DNA of 64,000 bases. It comes from Tubulanus polymorphus. Taxonomy: Eukaryota; Animalia; Nemertea. Made by a program: the position numbers and the translations under genes. Each line of letters starts with the position of its first letter. Position 1 is the first letter of the stretch. The stretch is taken from contig NC_134036.1 of NCBI RefSeq assembly GCF_964204645.1, positions 1,984,001 through 2,048,000 on the forward strand, written 5' to 3'. Shown here piece by piece: positions 36,635 to 51,024 of this stretch. The notes under the pieces are model-generated. The model searched no databases. It was given only the letters and a program-made list of their open reading frames with translations, and was not told the origin of the DNA.

Positions 36635-37705
36635 TTCGCTGAAGCAAAAAAATTTCTCTATGATAAAGCTATGAAAGCTATGTATTCTATTATTCAAAAG
36701 GGCAGACGTTTGAAACTTCCAGTAGATGTAATGTTTAAACTATTTGACATGTGCATGGCTCCTATCGCGTTGTACGGTTGCGAAATCTGGGGATATGAAA
36801 ACCTTGACTTATTAGAAAACCTCCACTGTTTATTTTGTAAAATTATCATGAAAGTTACAAAATATTCCCATAACCTTCAAGTATTAGCGGAGTTAGGACG
36901 TTATCCTATGTATATAAGCGTAAAGCGTAGAATGATTAATTTTTGGGTCAAAACGATTGAGTGCAAACAAAGTAAACTTAGTTCAATTCTCTATAAGATA
37001 TCTTATAATTTATATCTGAATGATAGGTTTAAGAGCCCCTGGCTGTTATTTATTAAGAAGACTTTTGATGACTGTGGCCTTTCGTATATATGGACACAAC
37101 AATCTATGGTAAACTCTAGGACTTCTCCAAAACAATTACACCGTTTACTCCGTGATCAGCATGTGCAAGAGACAGAATTTAGGCTAAATAATAACCCGTT
37201 ATACATTAATTTTAGACAATATAAGAAGGATATCAAATTTGAAAACTATATAAATCGGCTTGATGACGACTTAGTGACCAGCTTATTCCAGTTCAGGATT
37301 GGGTCTTATCTCCTACCTGTAAATAAATTGTCAAATCTCCATCTACCGAGAACCGATAGATTATGCCCCACCTGTAACGTTTTAGGCGACGAACTACATT
37401 TCATTTTTGACTGTAAATTACTTACCGTATTCCGTGAAAGCTACCTAAATTCAAATACCTTTCGGAATCTTGATGTTTTAAAAAATCCAACTTTTAAACT
37501 TGCTAAATTTATCAAATTAGGTCTGGATGTATATAGATCCCTCCGTTAGTGTGTGTAAATAGTATGTTGTAAATAACGTTTGTTATGTTTCAAAGTGCTT
37601 TTATCTACTGTTTTTGTAAATAATTGTAAATACTGTTTTTTTTCCTCCATATACCATGGGATGGTTGGAGTGTAATAAATATTCGTATTCGTATTCGTAT
37701 TCGTA
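36635..37705 (+). mobile_element. 5'-truncated LINE, copy 2
   Basis: Same truncation point and TSD as copy 1; one extra TATTCG tail unit. Confidence 0.88.
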
Positions 37706-37744
37706 TTCACTTGTCGTAGAGTTTTCTCAGGAGACTAAGGAGGT

Positions 37745-38459
37745 TAGCTCGGTGGGTACAGGATGTTGCTGCGACCCAGGGGCGACTAGCTCGATGGTGG
37801 GCACAGGATGGCTCTCCGGCCCACATGTGATAAGCTCGGTGGTGAGTACAGGATGGCTCTCCTGCCCACAGGCGACTAGCTCGTTGGTAGGCACAGGATG
37901 GCTCTCCTGCCCACGGGCGACTAGCTCGATGGTGGGCACAGGATGGCTCTCCGGCCCACATGTGATAAGCTCGGTGGTGAGTACAGGATGGCTCTCCTGC
38001 CCACAGGCGACTAGCTCGTTGGTAGGCACAGGATGGCTCTCCTGCCCACGGGCGACTAGCTCGATGGTGGGCACAGGATGGCTCTCCGGCCCACATGTGA
38101 TAAGCTCGGTGGTGGGTACAGGATGGCGCTCCTGCCCACAGGCGACTAGCTCGGTGGTGGGAACAGGATGTTGCTCCGACCCAGGGGCGACTAGCTCGAT
38201 GGTGGGCACAGGATGGCTCTCCGGCCCACATGTGATAAGCTCGGTGGTGAGTACAGGATGGCTCTCCTGCCCACAGGCGACTAGCTCGTTGGTAGGCACA
38301 GGATGGCTCTCCTGCCCACGGGCGACTAGCTCGGTGGTGGGTACAGGATGGCTCTCCTGCCCACAGGCGACTAGCTCGATGGTGGGCACAGGATGGCGCT
38401 CCTGCCCACAGGCGACTAGCTCGGTGGTGGGCACAGGATGGCGCTCCTGCCCACAGGCG
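37745..38459. repeat. 45-bp VNTR, about 16 units
   Basis: Same unit as 24325-24992, with a different variant order. Confidence 0.93.
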
Positions 38460-40595
38460 AATTCATGTTAGTAACATACGTAGGCTTACTTTTTACGCAG
38501 AAGATTTTTTCTTTCTGCATTTTGTGTCCAACCTCGTTCACCGGGACTTACGCCGAGCCACTACAGTTAACCTAGCTTAAGTCATCATCAAATAAGTCAT
38601 CGAATCACTCGTCATCTTTAATTCTATTTCTTTAATGTACTGGAGTAGGTATAAGTCATCATTTCGATAAGTCAAAAAACGCTGAGAAGACTTAAGCAAG
38701 GTTGATTTGAAATTCCTAAATTAATCGAAATAGAAAAATAAAAAATGAAATAAAACTTGTTCTGGTGTAAGACATTTGGTCTGATCTCCCGTGATGAGAG
38801 GAGATAGGAGCGCGTTATCAGAAGATAGTGACATGTAGATTTCCAGGACCGCTATATAAAGCTGGGTTCACTCTCAGTCCTGGTCTAGACAGAGATATCC
38901 GTCGTTCTACAATCTTAGTACAACCATACTGTGGCGAATCGATTTCAAGGTCATCGACACTCCGCTATATTTGTCAAAATTATTTCATTTATGAAAACTC
39001 ATCTAAAAAGAACTCATTTTGCGTTTTTCTAGGCACCGCTTCGATATTAGTTAATGTTGGAGGATATTGTAAGGACGCTATACCCGGTTACTCGTGTTGT
39101 AGTAAGGACAGTAAAAGGATTTATCTGGTAGGGCTGGGCTTCGTCTGGACCTGTTGTACATTATTATTTACCTAATACCCATACATAATGTTTCAATTCA
39201 GAATAAGGTCGTTTCATGTGTTCAATCGACGTTGCTTTTTCCAGATCAGCGATTCCTTACTTTCTCATCATCTGGATCTGTTTGCTGCCGATACCCGGAG
39301 GTTGACTAGACCTACACTGATTCATTCGAGACCTTGTTAGGTAATCCATGATGCTCTACACTGAAATAAATTTCGGGTGAGCGAAGCGGTTTAATATTGG
39401 GTACCGTAATAGAATGTCGCTTGTATTGCATTAAATCAACAGTTCTAATGTTGATTTTTGCGTTACATTTTCAGACAGATGTAGTCTCTCCTGCCGATAC
39501 TGTTAACTTGGATGTTACATCTCCCAAGGTGAATGTACATGTAATGAAAATCCATTCCTGAATTTGGTGAGTAGACATTGTTTGTTTTATACGGAACTTG
39601 GGTGGGGTTTAAGTTTATTCAAACGGATAGAACCTCGTTACAACAAACACAGATACAGTAGACTCTTAACTGGAAGTTAATTTCTGACCAGTGACTTGGT
39701 TCAGTCGATACTTCGAGTTTGATAAACTAAAATTATCATGAATTGTTGCAATATATGTTTTCAAATTAAATGTGGTAATTCACCTTTTACAGATTTTAGT
39801 TCAAGTCGAGTTCTTATGAGCAGCGATTTACCAGATAAAGTTTACTATTGATTTATTCCATAAACTTGATTATGAAATGTAAAAAAAAACAGATTTTGTC
39901 GCCCGCTCGAAACCGGTTCAATCGTCCCAGACATTTATACATTAATGTTCCATAGTTCAATGACGTGCACTTGACTCTTGACACATTCGTGAGTCATATT
40001 TGAAAAAAATCCGTGATAACAAAGTCATGCGCATAGATTATTTGAAAATGATCCGAAATATTAATTCGCCACTTGAAGACAATTTTCATACGGCGGATGT
40101 CATTTGGTGGTTTCCTGCCCTTGGCCTTTATGATAATCAAGAGATTCGCTTTACGGATGCTTTCAAATACTAATCAAACACCAGATTTCAGATCACTTTC
40201 CAAGTGGGAACGTAGAACTTGAAACTCTTGTTATCAATTTTATTTGTGTCTTTTCAAAGTATGTCGACAAAAAACTGCGTTCATGACATTTGACAGGAAT
40301 GTCAAAATACCGATTTGTCACCCTGATTAGAATCAGACCCTGGACATATCACATGAATTTTCTTATAAAACACCTGAGTTGATTACTTATTATCTAGTTC
40401 ACAGGAAACCATTTCTAGTATGTCTATAATATTTATCAGACACATTAAACTGCGTCACTAGATCTGATAATCGGGTTCGTAACCGAAAATACCGGTCACC
40501 GCGATTAGAATCAGACCTTGGGACTAATATCACCTGACTGTTAAACGCCCAAACCGCATTCACTTCATTTCTGGTGTTAATAACTGACGGTCAAC

Positions 40596-42511
40596 ATGGC
40601 TACAAGTAATCCGGATCGTTTCGAGATTTCCGTACCTTTCAAAGGACGTCGCGTTACCGTTTGGTCCGATCAGGATAATGAGTACAGAACGACACAAAAT
40701 TACTTTTATCAGCCGCTGTTTAATTTGGAATCTGATCGAATAACTGCGGATGGAAATATATTACAACTTGATATAACTCTGTGGTGTGAAGAATTAGAGG
40801 CTGCTATTAAACACGAACTAAAAACCATCTATACAGGTCACGTTATAGCGGTGCAGATGATGCCGTTTGATGAGGTAAGAATCTGTAATTCTCATCTTCA
40901 GTTTCATCATCACCCGCGTGTGATACTAAACGGGTGACCACTGCGAGGTGAGAGTCAAATAGAAAAAATCTTTTTATATTTCAGGTGAAATTAGAATGGA
41001 GAGATGCGCCCTCTGGTGTGGAGATACCGAATCATCCGATCCCGTTCAATCATCAACCTCAGAATCACGTGTTTATCGTTAAATGTGAAAATGAAGAAAT
41101 GTGTGAAATCTACAAATCGCGACTTCAACAATCTCCACAATCAATAGGTTCGGGTCTTGTGATCGGTGCTAGTCGTCACGGGAACGAATACGTGTTTAGA
41201 GTGAACACTGTACCGATCAGTGAAGCGCGAACAGTTCAACCAGACATTGATCAACGTCTTAATTCTCTAATTGACAATGTCAAACTGTTTCATGATAATT
41301 CAGAAAATCAATTCTCTCAATTGAAGCGGACTATAGACACAGTTGAAGAGAGGCTGAACCGGTGCTGTACTGAACAACAACTTGAAGAAAGGCTGAACCG
41401 GTTCTGTACTGAACAACAACTTGAAGAGAGGCTGAACCGGTTCTGTACTGAACAACAACTTGAAGAGAGGCTGAACCGGTGCTGTACTGAACAACAACTT
41501 GAAGAGAGGCTGAACCGGTGCTGTACTGAACAACAACTTGAAGCATTAGAAGTTAAACTGAACAACGCTATCGATGACGTCACAGGGAGAGTGGATGAAG
41601 TGGAGAGTTCTATTGGTGACGTCATTGATTCATTAACGATCAGTAAACAGGTTCAGACAGACTTCTTACCTGACCTAGTGACGTCTATACCTGGTGAGCA
41701 GACGGGTCAACAGTCACGTATAATATGTGCGGACTACGAGGAGTCCAGTGATATATATTACATGGATGATAATAATGTAATGAAGAGATATATAGAGTGT
41801 GTTGATGGTGATTATGTACTTGGACTCGATACAGATAGTAACGGTCACCTGTTTGTAGTCGTGAAGAAAAACAAGAAACTCTGCCTGAGAAAATATAAAG
41901 ATCAGGACAAAGTGTTAGAGGAAGATGTCACTGATATTGTGTCTGGATGTGGAACACTAGTTATTCGCGGTAACAATATTTACATCCAGTTAGATAGAGG
42001 CGTTCGTGTTTTACGTCTATTAGAAAACCCTGTAAACAGTTTAATTGATAGAAACCGTGTGAAAAAATATCAGCTCCCGGATGGAGAGTACAAATATATC
42101 AACAGTTTAGATGTCGACACGCGGGGACGCATGTTTGTATACTGTAATAGATCGGGAAGATTACTCTATCTAACAGCTGATGCGGAATTGATCAGTTTTA
42201 TCAATGTGGAAGATTCCGGACTAACATTTGATCCACTTGCGGGGTCCCCGTGTATAATCAATGATAAACATGTATTATTATCGGTAAACTCTGGGACTGG
42301 TAACAAAGGAGCCGTGATTAGTATGAGATATAATGATGAGGGGTTTATAGATCACCCGCGTATAGTATTGAACTCTACAGACAGTATGACAGTTGAGATA
42401 CGTAAAGTGTGTGACAGCAACACTGTAGTTATCTGTCACTGGGATAACAGTAATAATCAGGACTCACTGCGAGTTTATAATATAAACACTGTACTCACTC
42501 GTACACAATAG
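40596..42511 (+). CDS. Array gene D (5 stalk repeats), 601 aa
   Basis: Exons 40596-40874 and 40985-42511; repeats at 41345-41539. Confidence 0.88.
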
Positions 42512-42751
42512 AAATTCGGTTTTAATCAAACATGATATAACACGTATCATTCGAGATTAAATCCATAGATAGTCGAAATATGTGGATTTTTTAAAAGTTA
42601 AAGAATGTATCTTTTTAGGACCTGTTTATGGAATGAGACTCTCATTCATTCTATTACGTAATATATCATAACAGAAAAAAAAAAACTTAAGAAGAAAGAA
42701 TTTGACGAAAGAAGTCATTACTATTAGAATTATTGTGAGAATGTAATCAAT

Positions 42752-42952
42752 GCCGTGATTAGTATGAGATATAATGATGAGGGGTTCATAGATCTCCCGC
42801 GTATTGTAATGAACTCTGCAGACAATGCGACATTAGAGATACACAAAGTGTGTGACAGTAACACTGTAGTTATCCATCACCGGGATAACAGTAGTAAACA
42901 GGACTCACTGCGAGCTTATAATATAAACACTGTACTCACTCGTACACAATAA
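42752..42952 (+). pseudogene. 3' cassette 2 (orphan duplicate of the gene 3' end)
   Basis: Homolog of 29404-29610. Confidence 0.85.
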
Positions 42953-45209
42953 AAACCCTAAAAGCTCTGTAAGTTGGACATTAGACATATATGAAGTGTG
43001 TAACAGTTTGAGTTATCCGTCACTAGGATAAAAGTAATAAACCGAATAATGTAAACACTTCATAAAATAGAAACCAGTTTTAACCTGATTTTATATCAAG
43101 TATGAGACTAACGGTTACGATAACGTTTAGTGATTTAGCGTTTGACGTCACGAATGTCTGTGTAATTAAATCGCTAATAAAGTCGTACATTTAACGGGGA
43201 TTTCAAAAAGCCGTTTTGAGGTTTAACTAATTTATCAAAGAATGAATTATTTTAAGTAGTAAAGAAAAGTTGACTTGAAATCTATTTCAAAGCACATTCA
43301 TAATTTTGGTGAAAGTGGGGCGCAAGTTCATAATGGTTAATACGTAATCCACGCTTAAAATTAATTTCCTAGTAGCGGTTTTATAGACTGGTATTAACTT
43401 TAGTCTGGGGGTTAACTATATTCATTTTTAATTGTGTTAACCCCCGGGTTGAAGTTGACACCAGTCTATAAAATAAGCCCCTTCAATTTTATTCCCACGA
43501 AATTTTCTGAGCATGTTCACTCAACAAAACAGGAAAATGATCTGAAATTCTTTTTTGAGATTTGACGTTATTTTGGGCTGTTTCTTGTGAAGCAAAATCA
43601 AATCACTGAGTTGAGGAGTTCTACCCTAATCTGTTAGTAATAATTGGAACTTATGGGATTTTCCGACTCACTAAGTTTTCGAGTTTAACATATTAAACTA
43701 ATTATGATATAACACGTTTCATTCGGGATTCAATCCATATATAGTCAAAATGTGGATTTTTTAAAAGTGAAAGAATTTAAGGTTTTTTGAAACCTGTTTG
43801 CGAATGACTTTTCAGTCATACCATTACGTAATATAATATAAAAGAAAAGAGACTAAAAGTTGAGAAGAGAAAATTTTTATGAAAAAAGTAATTATCATTA
43901 GAATTATTGTAAGAATGTAATTAATCATGATTGTATTGTAAAAAGCTAATATATTGACGAAATGATAATTATTAGAATTATAATAATAATGTGATTAACT
44001 ATAATTATATCGTCAAAAAAGAAAGTATAACAAAAATGATTATTATAATCATCAACCAGTTGTAATTTCCGCTTTATTCTTTTTTCTCTCTGGTCTTCTG
44101 TATAACATCAGGTCACTGGATCATCCTGAGGTCAGATGCACAGTCATTGCTTAGAAGACCATTTTAATTATGTTGCCAATTTAACGAATTGCCCTGCAAT
44201 GCGTGCAGTGCAGGAAACGGACAAGGCCGTCCAATAAATAGCACCATTGAGGCTTGTTAAAGGGCCAATGATGAGTTTTGTAAAATAACCACAAATAAGT
44301 GTTTTTGATAAAAATGATATAAATTTTCGATGACAAAAATTTGTCGAAAAATCAATAAAATTATTATTGGAGAGGATTTTTAAATAAGTAATTTCGACCT
44401 CGGTGAATCCGGAAGTATGACTGACGTCACCTACAGAACAGCAACATCAACAAACATTGAAAAAACAGGGCGGGTAATTCAGAAGGGTTGTCGCATTTTT
44501 ATGGATGAATTGCAACAATTCTCGCTCAAATAGTTTTGAAGATTAGTTTTCTTTTCTTGAATTTTGAATTGAAAACGAATGCGATTCGTCTTTGAAAACA
44601 AATTCAATAAGACCCTGGACATATCACGTGACTGTTCTTATAAAAGACCCGAGTTGATTACTGACGTCATTATCTAGTTCATAGAAAAACCGTTTTATCT
44701 GTATCTATAAGATTTATCTGCGTCACTAGATCTGATAATCGGGTCTGTATTTCAAATTAGCGGTATTGTTTATTTAGATTATTATGACGTCATAACATTC
44801 GCGCACCTAGATAGTTCACGTGTTTGGCGTAAAGGTCGCTGAAGGTTGCGACTCTGTACCTTCGTGGGGGGTTCAAAATACTGATCAGTCACGTGGTTAG
44901 AATCAAACACTGTGAATGATATCAATTCACTTTTCTTGTGTTGGTAGCAACAACAGTTAAAAACGACTTCAATTGTTAATTTTGTTTTAAGTTACGTGTT
45001 TGTATTATGTCTGTATCTATTGACGACGACCTATTTATCAAACGGTAAAATGGCGGCAGAACTGGTTCTTGCCGCGCCCGTCTTTTGTACGCCCGTCTTT
45101 TTTTACTATTTAGAGAAGGCAAACCAGAACCCTGGGACTAATATCACCTGACTGTTCTACGCCCAAACCGCATTCAGTTCATTTCTGGTGTTAATTACTG
45201 ACGGTCAAC

Positions 45210-47492
45210 ATGGCTACAAGTAATCCGGATCGTTTCGAGATTTCCGTACCTTTCAAAGGACGTCGCGTTACCGTTTGGTCCGATCAGGATAATGAGTACA
45301 GAACGATACAAAATTACTTTTATCAGCCGCTGTTTAAATTGGAATCTGATCGAATAACTGCGGATGGAAATATATTACAACTTGATATAACTCTGTGGTG
45401 TGAAGAATTAGAGGCTGCTATTGAACAAAAACTAAAAACCATCTATACAGGTCACGTAATAGCGGTGCAGATGATGCCGTTTGATGAGGTAAGAATCTGT
45501 AATTCTCATCTTCAGTTTCATCATCACCCGCGTGTATATACTAGACGGGTGACCACTGCGAGGTGAGAGTCAAATAGAAAAAATCTTTTTATATTTCAGG
45601 TGAAATTAGAATGGAGAGATGCGCCCTCTGGTGTGGAGATACCGAATCATCCGATCCCGTTCAATCATCAACCTCAGAATCACGTGTTTATCGTTAAATG
45701 TGAAAATGAAGAAATGTGTGAAATCTACAAATCGCGACTTCAACAATCTCCGCAATCAATAGGTTCGGGTCTTGTGATCGGTGCTAGTCGTCACGGGAAC
45801 GAATACGTGTTTAGAGTTAACACTGTACCGATTAGTGAAGCGCGAACAGTTCAACCAGACATTGATCAACGTCATCATTCCCAAATCGACAATGTCAAAC
45901 TGTTTCATGATAATTTAGAAAATCAATTCTCTCAATTAAAATGCACAGTTGAAGAGAGGCTGAACCGGTTCAATACTGAACAACAACTTGAAGAAAGGCT
46001 GAACCGGTTCTGTACTGAACAACAACTTGAAGAGAGGCTGAACCGGTTCTGTACTGAGCAACAACTTGAAGAGAGGCTGAACCGGTGCTGTACTGAACAA
46101 CAACTTGAAGAGAGGCTGAACCGGTGCTGTACTGAACAACAACTTGAAGAGAGGCTGAACCGGTGCTGTACTGAACAACAACTTGAAGAGAGGCTGAACC
46201 GGTGCTGTACTGAACAACAACTTGAAGAGAGGCTGAACCGGTGCTGTACTGAACAACAACTTGAAGAGAGGCTGAACCGGTTCTGTACTGAACAACAACT
46301 TGACGAGAGGCTGAACCGGTGCTGTACTGAACAACAACTTGAAGAGAGGCTGAACCGGTGCTGTACTGAACAACAACTTGAAGAGAGGCTGAACCGGTTC
46401 TGTACTGAACAACAACTTGAAGAGAGGCTGAACCGGTGCTGTACTGAACAACAACTTGCAGCATTGGAAGTAAAACTGAATAAGACTATCGATGACGTCA
46501 CAGGAAGAACAATCAATGATGTCAAAGGGAGAATAGATAAATTGGAGATATGTATTGGTGACGTCATAGGGAGAATGGATGAAGTGGAGAGTTCTATTGG
46601 TGACGTCATTGATTCATTAACGATCAGTAAACAGGTTCAGACAGACTTCAGACATAGTCTAATGACGTCATTACCTGGTGAGCAGACGGGTCGACAGTCA
46701 CGTATAATATGTGCGGGATGGAAGTCCAGTGATATATATTACTTGGATGATAATGATGTAATGAAGAGATATATAGAGTGTGTTGATGGAGATTATGTAC
46801 TAGGACTCGATACAGATAGTAACGGTCACCTGTTTGTGCTCGTGGAGAAAAACGAGAAATTCTTCCTGAGAAAATATAAAGATCAGGACAAAGTGTTAGA
46901 GGAAGATGTCACTGATATTGTGTCTGGATGTGGAACACTAGTTATTCGCGGTAACAATATTTACATCCAGTTAGATAGAGACGTTCGTGTTTTACGTCTA
47001 TTAGAAAACCCTGTAAATATTTTGATTGATAAAAACCGTGTGAAAAAATATCAGCTCCCGGATGGAGAGTACAAATATATCAAATGTTTCGATGTCGACA
47101 CGCGGGGACGCATGTTTGTATACTGTGATAAATCAGATAGATTACTCTATCTAACAGCTGATGCGGAATTGATCAGTTTTATCAATGTGGAAGATTCCGG
47201 ACTAACATTTGATCCACTTGCGGGACGCCCGTGTACAATCAATGATAAACATGTATTACTATCGGTAAACTCAAGGACTTGTGACAAAGGAGCCGTGATT
47301 AGTATGAGATATAATAATGAGGGGTTTATAGATCACCCGCGTATAGTATTGAACTCTACAGACAGTGTGACATGTGAAATACACAAAATATGTGACAGTA
47401 ACACTGTAGTTATCTGTCACTGGGATAACAGTTATAAACCGGACTCACTGCGAGTTTATAATATAAACACTGTACTCACTCGTACACAATAA
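45210..47492 (+). CDS. Array gene E (13 stalk repeats), 723 aa
   Basis: Exons 45210-45488 and 45600-47492; repeats at 45951-46457. Confidence 0.88.
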
Positions 47493-47762
47493 ACACCCGG
47501 TTTTAATCAAACATTATATAACACGTATCATTCGAGATTAAATCCATAGATAGTCGAAATATGTGGATTTTTTAAAAGTGAAAGAATGTATCTTTTTAGG
47601 ACCTGTTTATGGAATGAGACTCTCATTCATTCTATTACGTTATATATCATAACAGAAAAAAAGACTAAAAGTTAAGAAGAAAGAATTTGACGAAAAAAGT
47701 AATTTCTATTAGAATTATTGAGAGAATGTAATCAATTATGATTGTATCGCAAAAGAAAACAA

Positions 47763-49077
47763 TAGCGAAGTTTCCAGTTACCAGGCGCCATTTTGAGGCG
47801 GTCCCGCGGGTCCCGCATCGTTGGAAAGATTTTAACATTTTTTAAAACTAAAACTTCTAGCGCGATTCATTGTAGTCCATTCGTCTTTTGGCACAAAAAT
47901 TTAAGTCATGAATCGTTAAAAAGGTGACCATTTCTATTTTCTGATGGTGTTTATTTTATTTTTCTCGGCTGCAACAATCGAACACAGTTACAGTTTAAAA
48001 AATATACGTCACTTTAAGGAATGCGCCTCAAAAAGATTGGTAATTTTGTGTTATTGACTGTAACTTTTTCATGTTAACAGTTACAATGAAGAATTTTTCA
48101 TTGAAGCTAGAGTTATCTGAGGATTTTGTTGATACTACATTTGTAAAAATATCTTTATAGAAACGCACGTGGCCACCGGTTGAGTCAAGAGCAAAGCGCG
48201 CAAGAGTGGTTGACCGTCGATTTTCTGCATACCCGTTCTAAGCCAATTTCATGGAAATTTTAAAGTTTTTTTAAATTTAAATCATCGTTTGATTGTTTCC
48301 ATGTTGAATTGAGGGTATTTGGTGTCTCCCCAGCATAATTAGATTTGAAACGATGCTTGATGTTTACAACGACCGCTTGTTTTTATTGAAAGACTGCATC
48401 TTTGTGTCGTGTCACCTAGAAGCCGTTATCCTCTATTCTCTGATCGACACTGCGCTCGGTCCAATGTTTAACGTTCGACGATTGAACATTCTAGGTCAGA
48501 TAAGACAAGTTTCTTGACATTTTTTCCTAATGCAAAGTATCTGATTTTAATCTATAAAAATATTTAGTATCTAGAAAATTGCCATAAAAATAGCGCAATA
48601 CGCGCATGCAGAAAATCGACGGTCATCCACTCGTGCGCGCTTTGCGCTTGACTCAACCGGTGGCCACGCGCGTTTCTATGAACATATTTTTACGAATGCA
48701 GTGTCAACAAAATCCTGAGATAAAACTCTATCTTCAATGAAAAATTCTACATTGTATCTCTTAACATGAAAAAGTTACAGTCAATAACACAAAATTACCA
48801 ATTTTTTGAGAAGTACGCCTTCCTTAAAGTGACGTATCTTTTTTAAACTGTAACTGTGTTCGATTGTTGCAGTCGAGAAAAATGAATTAAACACCATCAG
48901 AAAATAGAAATTGTCTCCTTTCTAACGATTCATGACTTTAATTTTTGTGCTAAAAGAGTGGTGGACTACAATGAATCGCGCTAGAAGTTTTAGTTGAAAA
49001 AATGTTAAAATCTGTCCAACCATGCGGGACCCGCGGGACCGCCTCAAAATGGCGCCTGGTCACTGGATACTTCGCTA
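47763..49077. mobile_element. Foldback DNA transposon, copy 3
   Basis: Homolog of 21069-22375, more diverged from copies 1 and 2. Confidence 0.8.
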
Positions 49078-49920
49078 TTTGAAAAAAATATTAATTATTA
49101 TTGGAATTATTATAATAATGTATTCAATTACGATCTAATATTGTAAAAAGAAAATATAACACAAATAAATATTATTATCATTATCCAGTTTTAAATTCCA
49201 CGATAGTCAAATTTGTCTCAGGTTTTCATATCATCCTGGATCATTCTGAGGACAGTTGTACAGTCATTGCTTAGAATTTTAGATCGTTTCTATAACCAAT
49301 CAAGCGAATCGCCCTGCAATACAGGACTGAGGGACCATGAGACCGTCCTATTATACCTGAGAGGAGATCAAATAATTAATGAAGGAAGCGGACTTATAGA
49401 CCGTCCACTTAAAAGTACCAGACGATTGAGGAGTTGAGCGAAGGATTGCGAAGGGTTGTCGCATCGTTTAAGGATTTATTGCAACAATTCACGATCGAAT
49501 AGTTTTGAAGATTAGTTTTTCTTGAATTTTAAATTCAATCGGATGCAATTAATCTTTAAGAAATTCATCATCAAACAATGACAGAATTATTCGTTTGCAT
49601 TTTCGTAAATAAAATATAATTTACTTTTTGTGAATCTCAAATGAGAGCCCAATATCGATTTTATTAGTTAGTCATGTTCTACAGTCGTTACGGTAACTTG
49701 ATCGCTTCATTTTGTAAATAGACCTATATTTCAAAGTCCTGATCGGTCAAAGTCGATTAAACCGGGTTACAGCGTATAGAATATCTAATGACGGTTATAA
49801 CTATTTCACGTAATGGCTAATGTTATAAAATGTACGCTTCCTGGTTCGGAGACTGTGGTTACTACAAAGGGTGGTTCTAAAAACCGCAATAGATGTCGCC
49901 TTCGCTTAATTTTCACTTGT

Positions 49921-50986
49921 TTCGCTAAAGCAAAAAAATTTCTCTATGATAAAGCTATGAAAGCTATGTATTCTATTATTCAAAAGGGCAGACGTTTGAA
50001 ACTTCCAGTAGATGTAATGTTTAAAATATTTGACATGTGCGTCGCTCCTATCGCGTTGTACGGTTGCGAAATCTGGGGATATGAAAACCTTGACTTATTA
50101 GAAAACCTCCACTGTTTATTTTGTACAATTATCATGAAAGTTACAAAATATTCCCATAACCTTCAAGTATTAGCGGAGTTAGGACGTTATCCTATGTATA
50201 TAAGCGTAAAGCGTAGAATGATTAATTTGTGGGTCAAAACGATAGAGTGCAAACAAAGTAAACTTAGTTCAATTCTCTATAAGATATCTTATAATTTATA
50301 TCTGAATGATAGGTTTAAGAGCCCCTGGCTGTTATTTATTAAGAAGACTTTTGATGACTGTGGCCTTTCGTATATATGGACACAACAATCTATGGTAAAC
50401 TCTAGGACTTCCCCAAAACAATTACACCGTTTACTCCGTGATCAGCATGTGCAGGAGACAGAATTTAGGCTAAATAATAACCCGTTATACATTAATTTTA
50501 GACAATATAAGAAGGATATCAAATTTGAAAACTATATAAATCGGCTTGATGACGACTTAGTGACCAGCTTATTCCAGTTCAGGATTGGGTCTTATCTCCT
50601 ACCTGTAAATCAATTGTCAAATCTCCATCTACCGAGAACCGATAGATTATGCCCCACCTGTAACGTTTTAGGCGACGAACTACATTTCATTTTTGACTGT
50701 AAATTACTTACCGTATTCCGTGAAAGCTACCTAAATTCAAATACCTTTCGGAATCTTGATGTTTTAAAAAATCCAACTTTTAAACTTGCTAAATTTATCA
50801 AATTAGGTCTGGATGTATATAGATCCCTCCGTTAGTGTGTGTAAATAGTATGTTGTAAATAACGTTTGTTATGTTTCAAAGTGCTTTTATCTACTGTTTT
50901 TGTAAATAATTGTAAATACTGTTTTTTTTCCTCCATATACCATGGGGATGGTTGGAGTGTAATAAATATTCGTATTCGTATTCGTA
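49921..50986 (+). mobile_element. 5'-truncated LINE, copy 3
   Basis: Same truncation point, TSD and tail as copy 1. Confidence 0.88.
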
Positions 50987-51024
50987 TTCACTTGTCGTAG
51001 AGTTTTCTCAGGAGACTAAGGAGG

